In this document: positions 1-7,919 of the stretch, one piece after another
How positions within the stretch are numbered: position 1 is the stretch's first letter
Layout of the letters: every line of letters starts with the position of its first letter
DNA from: an uncultured Candidatus Bathyarchaeia archaeon
Lineage (GTDB): Archaea > Thermoproteota > Bathyarchaeia > 40CM-2-53-6 > JALHTG01
DNA length: 46,249 nucleotides
Direction of reading: 5' to 3'
Assembly: GCA_964528315.1 (NCBI GenBank)
Contig: CAZGRO010000002.1
Coordinates: 3,664 to 49,912 of the forward strand
Translations under genes and position numbers: made by a program
Notes under the pieces: generated by a model
Told to the model about the DNA's origin: nothing
What the model saw: only the letters and a program-made list of their open reading frames with translations
Databases searched by the model: none

Positions 1-3000
1 TAGGAATGGACCCAAAGGCTGCTCGCCCTGAATGGTCCATCTTGCAAGTGCTTCCTGTTCCGCCTGTGACTGTTCGACCCTCTATAACACTTGAATCCGG
101 AATCCGATCAGAAGACGATCTAACCCACAAACTAGTCGACATAATCCGGATAAATCAGAAACTGAGAGAGGCTGTTGAGGGAGGGTTACCTGTCAACATC
201 ATACAGGAGCTACACGACCTTCTTCAATACCATGTCACGACATACATTGACAACGAGGTCTCTGGACTTCCCCCAGCCAGACACAGGTCAGGGAGAGCTC
301 TGAAAACAATATGCCAGAGACTGAAAGGAAAAGAGGGCCGATTCCGAGGAAACCTGTCAGGAAAGAGAGTAGACTTCTCAGCTAGAACCGTGATCTCACC
401 CGATCCGAACCTAGATGTGGGCGAGGTCGGCGTTCCCACAGAGGTGGCTGCACGGCTAACAATCCCAGAGAAGGTAACCGAATGGAACATCCACGAACTG
501 AGACAACTTGTCGAGAACGGTCCAGATCAATATCCGGGTGCTCTCTATATTGCACGCCCAGACGGTCGCAGGATCAGACTCGAATTCGTAACTGAAAGAA
601 AATCCCTTGCCGACAGTCTCCAGCCCGGCTTCGTCGTAGAAAGACACATACGAAATGGGGACATAGTGCTGTTCAACAGGCAACCTTCGCTGCACAGAAT
701 GTCGATTATGGCACACAAAGTGAAGGTTCTACCCTACAAAACCTTCCGACTGAATCCCTGCGTGTGCCCACCATACAATGCAGACTTCGATGGCGACGAA
801 ATGAACCTGCATGTGCCACAAGGAGAAGAGGCACGCACAGAAGCTCGTCTTCTGATGGAGGTACAGGACCAGATCCTCTCTCCTCGATACGGTGGGCCAA
901 TCATAGGCGCCATCACGGACCATCTAAGCGCCGCATACATGTTAACGAATGATTCAACCTATCTGACAAAAGACGAAACCTGCAGGGCCCTGGCCGCAGC
1001 AGGATACGAAGGCCCCCTTCCACAGCCAGACCTGCGCCGACCTGAACCCACGTGGTCAGGCAAGAGAATATTCAGCATCTTCATCCCAAAGAAGATGAAC
1101 TTCACATTCAAATCAAATGTATGCAGACAATGCCCTGAATGCAAGAAAGAGAAATGCCCATACGACGCCTACATCGTCATCAAAGACGGAATTCTTGAAA
1201 GGGGAGTATTGGATAGAAACGCAATCGGAGCAAGGTCTGAAAGCCTCTTCCACCGCATCGTGAAGGACTATGGACCTAGCCAAGGAAGAGACTTCCTGAA
1301 CTCGATAACGAAGCTGCTTGACAGATTTATCACCATGCGCGGCTTCTCCTACGCCCTTGACGATCTAGATATCTCACCCACATTGAAAGACAGGATTGAC
1401 AAGGCGATTAGGAATGCTGAGCAAAGAGTCAACGAACTCGTGGAGAAGTATAGGAACGGCACGTTGGACAGACTGCCCGGCCAATCTCTCCGAGAATCGC
1501 TGGAAATATACATAATGAATGAACTCTCCAAGGCGAGAGACGAAGCAGGAGCTCTGGCTGACAAATACTTCGGAATGGAGAATAGCGGCATTGTAATGGT
1601 CCGAGTCGGAGCCAAAGGCTCGATGCTCAACATAGGTCAAATGGCTGCCTCAATCGGCCAACAATCGATTAGAGGCCAGAGAATCCAAAGAGGATACAGG
1701 GGGAGAGCGCTCTCATCTTTCGAACCAGGAGACGTCGGAGCTCAGGCCAGGGGATTTGTCTACTCATCCTTTGCACACGGGCTCGACCCGATAGAGTATT
1801 TCTTTCACGCAATGGGAGGACGAGAGGGGCTCGTGGACACAGCCGTACGCACTCAACAAAGCGGATACATGCAGCGGCGCCTGATAAACGCGCTTGAGCA
1901 CATTAGGGTCGAATACGACGGAACTGTGAGAGATTCGCGCGGAAGTATCATACAATTCAGATACGGTGAAGACGGGGTTGATACCGCAAAAAGCGATCAT
2001 GGACGAGCGGTCAACACGGAGCGATTGGTTGACCGCGTGAGACTTGGCGCCGAGAAAGGACCCAAGGCGTCAAAGAACTATGTACTAAGAAAGGTTCAGG
2101 CGAAAGCATCCCAACTGCCAAGAGTCATGGCTACAGAATTGAAGAAGAGCCTGCTTGAAACCGCACTGACCGAGAGAGCGGTTGACGAGGCTGCAGATCA
2201 GGCCATAGACAACTACAGAAAATCACTGATAGAACCAGGCGAAGCTGCCGGCATAGTCTCTGCTCAGTCCATAGGCGAACCTGGCACACAGATGACACTG
2301 CGAACCTTCCACTTCGCAGGAGTACGGGAACAGAATGTCACATTGGGACTTCCTCGACTGATAGAGATCGTCGACGCCAGAAAGATACCCTCAACCCCAA
2401 TGATGACCGTATACCTTGACAAGAGAAGCAGAGAGAAACGAGAGAGAGCTGAGGAAGTAGCTCGCCTCATCACACATACAACCTTGAGAGATATCGCAGC
2501 ACAGATCGAAACCGACGTCACTCGAATGACAATCAAGGTCACCTTGGATCCTGACAAGATGCGACTACGCGAGATCCACGTGCGCGACATAAGGGAAGCC
2601 GTCGAACTTCCATCATGTGAAGTGAACATCGAACGAACCAAGATGGATATCAAACCAAAAGACATGGACATTTCCCAATTCAAGCGACTCGCAACAAAAC
2701 TACCGATGCATCACATCAAAGGTCTTCCCGCAATCAAAAGAGCACTGGTCGTTGAAGAGAAGGGCGAATGGATAATCAGAACAGAAGGATCAAGCCTTGA
2801 ACAAGTCCTGACCATTGCAGGAGTAGACCCCACAAGAACCACATCAAACAATATTCACGAAGTAGCGATGGCACTGGGAATCGAAGCAGCCAGGGAAGTG
2901 ATCATGAGAGAGGCATTAAACGTTCTACAGGAGCAAGGCCTCGATGTCGACATCCGACATGTCATGCTCGTAGCAGATACAATGACGGCGTCGGGAGAGG

Positions 3001-3218
3001 TCCTCCAGGTCGGTAGGCACGGAGTCAGCGGAGAAAAGGCAAGCACGTTGGCAAAAGCCGCATTCGAGATCACGATCCCAACAATTGTCGACGCGGCGAT
3101 GAAGGGAATATCGGACACATTGAAAGGAGTGGCAGAGAACGTCATTGTGGGCCAGCAAATACCCATGGGAACAGGCCTCATCGACATGTATATGGCCATG
3201 ACTCAGAAAACAGGGTGA
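1..3218 (+). CDS. rpoA: DNA-directed RNA polymerase subunit A, unsplit (A' and A'' regions in one frame); 5' end cut by window edge
   Basis: Frame is open from base 1 to TGA at 3216-3218. LPVPPVTVRPS and the Mg-site NADFDGDEMN (nt 777-806) are typical of A'. The GEPGTQMTLRTFHFAG trigger-loop motif (nt 2274-2321) is typical of A''. No stop lies between them. Confidence 0.95.
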   Translation, partial: GMDPKAARPEWSILQVLPVPPVTVRPSITLESGIRSEDDLTHKLVDIIRINQKLREAVEGGLPVNIIQELHDLLQYHVTTYIDNEVSGLPPARHRSGRALKTICQRLKGKEGRFRGNLSGKRVDFSARTVISPDPNLDVGEVGVPTEVAARLTIPEKVTEWNIHELRQLVENGPDQYPGALYIARPDGRRIRLEFVTERKSLADSLQPGFVVERHIRNGDIVLFNRQPSLHRMSIMAHKVKVLPYKTFRLNPCVCPPYNADFDGDEMNLHVPQGEEARTEARLLMEVQDQILSPRYGGPIIGAITDHLSAAYMLTNDSTYLTKDETCRALAAAGYEGPLPQPDLRRPEPTWSGKRIFSIFIPKKMNFTFKSNVCRQCPECKKEKCPYDAYIVIKDGILERGVLDRNAIGARSESLFHRIVKDYGPSQGRDFLNSITKLLDRFITMRGFSYALDDLDISPTLKDRIDKAIRNAEQRVNELVEKYRNGTLDRLPGQSLRESLEIYIMNELSKARDEAGALADKYFGMENSGIVMVRVGAKGSMLNIGQMAASIGQQSIRGQRIQRGYRGRALSSFEPGDVGAQARGFVYSSFAHGLDPIEYFFHAMGGREGLVDTAVRTQQSGYMQRRLINALEHIRVEYDGTVRDSRGSIIQFRYGEDGVDTAKSDHGRAVNTERLVDRVRLGAEKGPKASKNYVLRKVQAKASQLPRVMATELKKSLLETALTERAVDEAADQAIDNYRKSLIEPGEAAGIVSAQSIGEPGTQMTLRTFHFAGVREQNVTLGLPRLIEIVDARKIPSTPMMTVYLDKRSREKRERAEEVARLITHTTLRDIAAQIETDVTRMTIKVTLDPDKMRLREIHVRDIREAVELPSCEVNIERTKMDIKPKDMDISQFKRLATKLPMHHIKGLPAIKRALVVEEKGEWIIRTEGSSLEQVLTIAGVDPTRTTSNNIHEVAMALGIEAAREVIMREALNVLQEQGLDVDIRHVMLVADTMTASGEVLQVGRHGVSGEKASTLAKAAFEITIPTIVDAAMKGISDTLKGVAENVIVGQQIPMGTGLIDMYMAMTQKTG

Positions 3219-3222
3219 AAAC

Positions 3223-3540
3223 ATGATAGACATCACCAAACAACTCAAAATGGCTGTGAAGAGCGGCAAGGTGTCATTTGGATGCGCAAAGGCCAAAGAA
3301 GCTGCTAGCAGTGGCAAGGCGAAATTGATAGTCTTGGCCTCTAACTGTCCTGAACGAGCAAGATCCGAGATACTTGACCAAGCTAAACTGACCGATTTGC
3401 CAGTGTATGTGTACGGAGGCACCAGTGTGGATCTTGGAGGCGTCTGTGAGAAACCGTTCCTAATCGCCGCCGTAACTGTTCATGAGCCTGGTGACTCAGA
3501 GATACTCAAGGTAGTTGGAGCAAAAGATGTCGACAAGTAA
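3223..3540 (+). CDS. rpl30e: 50S ribosomal protein L30e (eL30)
   Basis: 105 aa. KSGKVSFG...AKLIVLASNCP...VYVYGGTSVDLG pattern of the L30e/L7Ae fold. Canonical position after rpoA. Confidence 0.9.
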   Translation: MIDITKQLKMAVKSGKVSFGCAKAKEAASSGKAKLIVLASNCPERARSEILDQAKLTDLPVYVYGGTSVDLGGVCEKPFLIAAVTVHEPGDSEILKVVGAKDVDK

Positions 3541-3964
3541 GATAAGGCTCACCAGCGACGAGATGAAGTGCATAGCCCTGTTTGAAAGCATTACAGGCGC
3601 TACAGCGAAGGACTGTCTCATAGATGAAAAAGCGGAGAGAATAATCTTCCTTGCGAAACAAGGCGAGATGGGCCTGGCGATAGGAAGAGCAGGCAAGAAC
3701 ATACAGACCCTAAGAAAGATGACTGGTCGCCAGGTCGAAATAGTCGAACAAGCAGAAACCCCTGAGCAGCTGATCAGAAATGCACTTGCCCCCGCACAGG
3801 TCAAGGAGATAAGGATCACTGAGAAACCTGAGAGAACAATAGTAGTTGTAGAGGTTGAGCCAAAGGACAAGGCGCTGGCAATTGGAAAGAACGGCAGGAC
3901 GATCGATAAGACTAGGATGCTTGCAAAACGATACTTTCAGATAGATCATGTAATTGTGACATAG
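3527..3964 (+). CDS. nusA: Archaeal NusA-like transcription termination/antitermination factor (two KH domains)
   Basis: GLAIGRAGKNIQ and ALAIGKNGRTI are KH GXXG motifs. ATG at 3527 is preceded by GGAG at 3517-3520. The track start at 3515 is a TTG. Overlaps the end of rpl30e. Confidence 0.85.
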   Translation: MSTSKIRLTSDEMKCIALFESITGATAKDCLIDEKAERIIFLAKQGEMGLAIGRAGKNIQTLRKMTGRQVEIVEQAETPEQLIRNALAPAQVKEIRITEKPERTIVVVEVEPKDKALAIGKNGRTIDKTRMLAKRYFQIDHVIVT

Positions 3965-3988
3965 CCCTCAGAATGCTGCGCACGCGGC

Positions 3989-5284
3989 CTATTTCGCCCG
4001 TTTCGCGAACTTCTCGGCAACACTCAGGAACTTGTCTATCTCGTTTGCTTTGTGAGCTGTCGAGATTGCACCATGGACAAGCTCAGGAGTCAGGCAGAAT
4101 ATGCCTGCGTCCAGAAGGAAGTACATGAATCTATTCGATAATTCCTTGTCTGCCACTCCTGCGGAAGTAGCATCCCTCACAGGCACATCGGAGAAATGGC
4201 ACGCGAATATTGATCCAACCCCAGTCGCCTGAAACTCAACGCCAGCCCGATCCATTATCTTGGTCAGCTCAGTACGCACCTTATCTCCCATCTTCCCGAT
4301 CTTCTGGTGCACAGAACCGTCCTCCAATATCTTCAGGGTCGCTAGTCCTGCCGCTGCGGAGACGGGGTTTCCTGTATGCGTTCCACCGTGAAAGGAGTAC
4401 TCCGTCCCCTTGTACTTCGTGTGGTCCATTCTCTCCATCACATCCGAACGTCCGGTGATCGCGCCATTGGGAAGACCTCCACCGATGATCTTCCCCAGCA
4501 CTGTGAGGTCTGGATTTACTCCATAGAACTGTTGGGCTCCTCCTGGGGCCAATCTAAATCCCGTGATGACCTCGTCAAAGATCAGCAGGGTTCCCTCCGC
4601 CCTGCACAATTCCGCAAGCCCCTTCAAGAATTCTCTCTCCGCAGGAATCATGCCACCCGCTCCCATGACAGGCTCTATCAACACGCAGGCGAGCTCCTTG
4701 CCTTTGATTGCTCTCTTGACCCCGTCCAGATCATTATACGGGAGAACCACAGTGTCTGCAAGAGAACCAAGCGTCAGCCCTCCAGATGGAAGCTCGGTAT
4801 AGGGCGGCTTCATGGCAACGTGAAGCGGATCATAGCCACCATGCCAATTCCCTTCGAACTTGCCAATCCTGCTCCTACCTGTGTATGTTCTTGCAAGCCT
4901 TACGGCGTACATGTTGGCTTCTGTACCAGACCCAGTGAACCGGATCAGTTCTGCCGACGGCACCATTTTCATTATCTGCTCAGCTAGGTCCAGTTCGAGT
5001 TCATGCGAAAGACCGTAGAAGATGTCTCTTTCGACCTGCTTTCTCACCGCGCTAACAACTCTAGGATGTCTATGTCCCAAGATTAGTGCAAAGTGCCCAC
5101 ACCAATAATCGGTATAGATGTTACCGTCAACATCCCATATCTTGCTGCCCTGTGCCCGTGTCACGTAGAAAGGATAAGGTTCCACAAACCTTATTCTGTA
5201 TGAGATCCCTGCAGGGAAAATCTTCTTTGCTCGCTCGTAGATCTGCCGTGAGCGCCGAGTTCTCTCAACGTACCGTTCATTCAT
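3989..5284 (-). CDS. Class III PLP-dependent aminotransferase, glutamate-1-semialdehyde 2,1-aminomutase (HemL)-like
   Basis: 431 aa. SGTEANMYAVRLAR, IFDEVITGFR and the PLP-lysine motif DLTVLGKIIGGGLP are present. The N-terminal PGGVNSPVRAF motif of canonical HemL is not conserved (PAGISYRIRFV), so a HemL paralogue is possible. Confidence 0.8.
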   Translation of the reverse strand: MNERYVERTRRSRQIYERAKKIFPAGISYRIRFVEPYPFYVTRAQGSKIWDVDGNIYTDYWCGHFALILGHRHPRVVSAVRKQVERDIFYGLSHELELDLAEQIMKMVPSAELIRFTGSGTEANMYAVRLARTYTGRSRIGKFEGNWHGGYDPLHVAMKPPYTELPSGGLTLGSLADTVVLPYNDLDGVKRAIKGKELACVLIEPVMGAGGMIPAEREFLKGLAELCRAEGTLLIFDEVITGFRLAPGGAQQFYGVNPDLTVLGKIIGGGLPNGAITGRSDVMERMDHTKYKGTEYSFHGGTHTGNPVSAAAGLATLKILEDGSVHQKIGKMGDKVRTELTKIMDRAGVEFQATGVGSIFACHFSDVPVRDATSAGVADKELSNRFMYFLLDAGIFCLTPELVHGAISTAHKANEIDKFLSVAEKFAKRAK

Positions 5285-5386
5285 ATCTGTTCGTCCTTCT
5301 ATGCTGGCGTGCCTGAATGTGCTGTCATTCCAAGGTTAAGGCTTTTGGATATGCGCAGTCAATCACGGTCTGTGGATTGGATTGAG

Positions 5387-5548
5387 CTATCGTGCAATCA
5401 TCTCGAACTCACTTTTCGGAGCACCACAAACAGGGCATGACCAATCCGCGGGCAAAATGTCGAATCTTGTGCCCGCCAATACACCCTTCTCTGGGTGGCC
5501 AATTGCTTCATCATACACATAACCACAAATCCGACATCTCCACTTCAT
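5387..5548 (-). CDS. rub: Rubredoxin (53 aa), below the ORF-track length cutoff
   Basis: Hand translation of the minus strand gives [53 protein letters not shown]. It has the two rubredoxin knuckles CxxCG and CPxCG and the conserved DW. ATG at 5548, TAG at 5387-5389. Confidence 0.9.
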   Translation of the reverse strand: MKWRCRICGYVYDEAIGHPEKGVLAGTRFDILPADWSCPVCGAPKSEFEMIAR

Positions 5549-5555
5549 CAGTGCC

Positions 5556-5567
5556 TCACCCATACAT
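5556..5567. repeat. 12-nt motif TCACCCATACAT, copy 1 (rubredoxin / nifU-like divergent promoter region)
   Basis: Exact 12-mer also present at 5639-5650, in the same orientation. Confidence 0.6.
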
Positions 5568-5594
5568 TGGAAGACGTATGTCCTCCAACGCCAT

Positions 5595-5601
5595 GTATAA
5601 G
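5595..5601 (-). promoter_or_regulatory. TATA-like box CTTATAC upstream of rubredoxin
   Basis: 47-53 nt upstream of the rubredoxin ATG at 5548, on the minus strand. Confidence 0.35.
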
Positions 5602-5638
5602 AATAGATCAGATGGCAAAGGCCAATCCGTTCGATGAG

Positions 5639-5650
5639 TCACCCATACAT
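5639..5650. repeat. 12-nt motif TCACCCATACAT, copy 2, directly upstream of a CTTATAT box
   Basis: Exact copy of 5556-5567. Lies 6 nt upstream of the TATA-like box at 5656-5662. Confidence 0.6.
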
Positions 5651-5655
5651 ACCGA

Positions 5656-5662
5656 CTTATAT
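5656..5662 (+). promoter_or_regulatory. TATA-like box CTTATAT upstream of the nifU-like gene
   Basis: 35-41 nt upstream of ATG 5697. The same heptamer recurs upstream of other genes in this window. Confidence 0.45.
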
Positions 5663-5696
5663 CCCGCGAGATAGATCTCAATTTGGTTCGGCGACT

Positions 5697-5927
5697 ATGT
5701 CAACAACAAAAGAGGACGTGGAAAAGGCGCTGGATGAAATGAGACCCAATCTGCAGGCAGACGGAGGAAATGTGGAGCTCGTGGATGTCCAGGATGGCGT
5801 GGTGAAGGTAAGATTGACCGGTGCCTGTGCTGGGTGTCCTATGTCCCAGATGACCCTGCAATGGGGAGTCGAACAATTTCTGAAGAAGAGGATTCCCAAC
5901 ATTCGCAAGGTTGAAGCAGTGCAATAA
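5697..5927 (+). CDS. NifU-like (Nfu C-terminal domain) Fe-S cluster protein
   Basis: LQADGGNVELVDV..GVVKVRLTGACAGCPMSQMTL is the Nfu/NifU C-terminal CxxC domain. ATG at 5697. The track ORF begins further upstream at a non-ATG codon. Confidence 0.85.
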   Translation: MSTTKEDVEKALDEMRPNLQADGGNVELVDVQDGVVKVRLTGACAGCPMSQMTLQWGVEQFLKKRIPNIRKVEAVQ

Positions 5928-6005
5928 CGCAAACTGCGTTGCTTCCTCCCGAAGCAAAAGAGAAGTCAGGAAAGAACCCTGCCCATATCAGATCACTCCC
6001 GACAC

Positions 6006-6677
6006 ATGAGGCTTAATGACCTCGAGACGAGAGCATCAGACGTGACGATTCCACGACTAATTTCCGAGATTCGTGCTCTCGCCGCAGGCCCTCTGTCTAC
6101 ACAAATCGAGAACAGAATCAAGGAATTCGCGGCGATCCACCTAGACGGCAACGATGTATGGTTCTCGGAATTGTGCTTCTGCATTCTGACAGCCAACTCA
6201 AGCGCGAGACTGGGAATGAGGATACAAGAGACGCTAGGTGCACCGGGATTCCTAGGGCTTACCAAAGAAGAAATCGCTCAGCGCCTTAGGGAACTGGGAC
6301 ACAGGTATAGTGAACGCAGAGCCGTTTTCATTGTCACGGCCAGAAACTACCAGAACATCAAGGACGTTGTCACTCGTATCAACAATGAGAAGAAGGCAAG
6401 AGAATGGCTGGCGGACAACGTTATGGGCCTTGGATACAAGGAAGCAAGTCACTTCCTACGAAACGTTGGATACAACAATGTTGCTATACTAGATCGGCAT
6501 GTGCTGCGTATCATGAGGGACTACGGTATTATCGAAGAAGTCCCGAAGGCACTAACGAAGCGCATGTATATCGAATACGAGGAGAGACTTACCCGCCTAG
6601 CGATCGAAGTAGGAATGACGCTTTCGAGACTCGACCTTTACCTCTGGTATATGAAAACGGGAGCTGTACTGAAGTAG
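6006..6677 (+). CDS. ogg: N-glycosylase/DNA lyase (8-oxoguanine DNA glycosylase, Ogg2 type, HhH-GPD)
   Basis: 223 aa. ELCFCILTANSSA, GLGYKEASHFLRNVGY and AILDRHV motifs match the archaeal Ogg2 family. Confidence 0.8.
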   Translation: MRLNDLETRASDVTIPRLISEIRALAAGPLSTQIENRIKEFAAIHLDGNDVWFSELCFCILTANSSARLGMRIQETLGAPGFLGLTKEEIAQRLRELGHRYSERRAVFIVTARNYQNIKDVVTRINNEKKAREWLADNVMGLGYKEASHFLRNVGYNNVAILDRHVLRIMRDYGIIEEVPKALTKRMYIEYEERLTRLAIEVGMTLSRLDLYLWYMKTGAVLK

Positions 6678-6792
6678 CAGGAAACTGCCTCGAATAAGGA
6701 CACTATGTCAGGCAAGCGGGCGTCAAACACCATGGGCGCAACGCGATCACCTGACCCTCAACCAAGTTACGGCGCATCTCCTCCCAAGAAGA

Positions 6793-6799
6793 CTTATAT
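6793..6799 (+). promoter_or_regulatory. TATA-like box CTTATAT upstream of rps13
   Basis: 41-47 nt upstream of ATG 6840. Confidence 0.45.
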
Positions 6800-6839
6800 A
6801 ACATCAGCAATCCCGTAGAGCCTGCAACAGGGACACGGC

Positions 6840-7337
6840 ATGTCCTCTAGAGAATTCAGGCATATAGTGCGGTTGATGAACACTGACCTAGACGGGTCGA
6901 AAAAACTAGTCTATGGACTAGCCAAGATTCGAGGGATAGGTATCAACTTTTCCACCGCGATAGCGAGAGCAGCGGACTTGAAATCTGACATTCGAATTGG
7001 ACAGCTCTCCGATGAAGAGGTGGACCGTATTGAGGATGTGATATCTGATCCGGTGAAGTTCGGAATACCCACGAGATTGCTCAACAGGCGAAAGGATTTC
7101 GAGACAGGTAGAGACAGCCATATGGTGGGCGCTGATTTGGTGCTGCGAGAAAAGGCAGACGTAGACTTCATGAAAGATCTGCGAACGTGGAAAGGGATTA
7201 GGCACTCGCTAGGCCTGAAGGTGCGAGGGCAACGTACCAAGACTACTGGAAGAAGCGGAAAAGCCGTGGGAGTCAAGAAGAAGGCTGCAATAGCTGCTTT
7301 GAGAGCTGCTCAGGCTGAAAAGGGAGAAAAAGAGTAG
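6840..7337 (+). CDS. rps13: 30S ribosomal protein S13 (uS13)
   Basis: FRHIVRLMNTDLDG...YGLAKIRGIGINF is a typical archaeal S13 N-terminus, with a basic C-terminal tail. Confidence 0.93.
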   Translation: MSSREFRHIVRLMNTDLDGSKKLVYGLAKIRGIGINFSTAIARAADLKSDIRIGQLSDEEVDRIEDVISDPVKFGIPTRLLNRRKDFETGRDSHMVGADLVLREKADVDFMKDLRTWKGIRHSLGLKVRGQRTKTTGRSGKAVGVKKKAAIAALRAAQAEKGEKE

Positions 7338-7338
7338 G

Positions 7339-7848
7339 ATGGGCGATCCGAAGAAGCAGAGAAAGAAGTATGAGACTCCTCGTCATCCTTGGAGGCGTGC
7401 CCAAATTCAAGATGAGCTTAAACTCATTGGTGACTACGGCCTAAGAAACAAGAAAGAGTTGTGGAGATACCGAACGGAGATCTCGCGGATTCGAGGAATT
7501 GCAAGATCTCTTCTTGCGAAGACTGAGACAGAAAGGTTGAGAACCGAGAAAGAGCTTCTGAGCAGCCTGATCCAGCTTGGAGTTCTTCCTGAGGAGGCAA
7601 CACTTGACCATGTGCTTGACTTGGATGTGACAAGGCTTTTGGAGAGAAGACTTCAGACAGTGGTTGCGAGAACAGGTATGGCCAAGTCCATGCATCACGC
7701 TAGACAGCTTATCGCACATGGGCATGTTCAGATTGGGGGCCGATCGGTGACTACTCCAAGCTACTTGGTCAGAAAGGATGATCATCCAGAAGTCACCCTC
7801 CAGAGTTCCTCTGTCAAAGAAGATCAAACTGCCCGAAGACCTAGCTGA
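7339..7848 (+). CDS. rps4: 30S ribosomal protein S4 (uS4)
   Basis: MGDPKKQRKKYETPRHPW...YGLRNKKELW plus a C-terminal S4 RNA-binding domain. Starts 1 nt after the rps13 stop. Confidence 0.93.
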   Translation: MGDPKKQRKKYETPRHPWRRAQIQDELKLIGDYGLRNKKELWRYRTEISRIRGIARSLLAKTETERLRTEKELLSSLIQLGVLPEEATLDHVLDLDVTRLLERRLQTVVARTGMAKSMHHARQLIAHGHVQIGGRSVTTPSYLVRKDDHPEVTLQSSSVKEDQTARRPS

Positions 7849-7919
7849 AGACGAGATCACAAACGGGCAATCTCATCTCGTTTCATCGAGCAACGAAACA
7901 GTTCATCGATCACGATATG

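Noticed and set aside
224-3422. Numerous 60-165-aa ORFs antisense to or out of frame with rpoA (for example 224-490, 2264-2683, 2925-3422).
   Set aside because: They lie inside a strongly conserved CDS and have no recognisable motifs. Their composition is typical of shadow ORFs. The same reasoning applies to antisense ORFs inside the other confidently identified genes throughout the window.
5392-5637. Plus-strand 81-aa ORF from the track.
   Set aside because: It is the antisense shadow of the rubredoxin gene (5387-5548, minus strand), which has unmistakable motifs.
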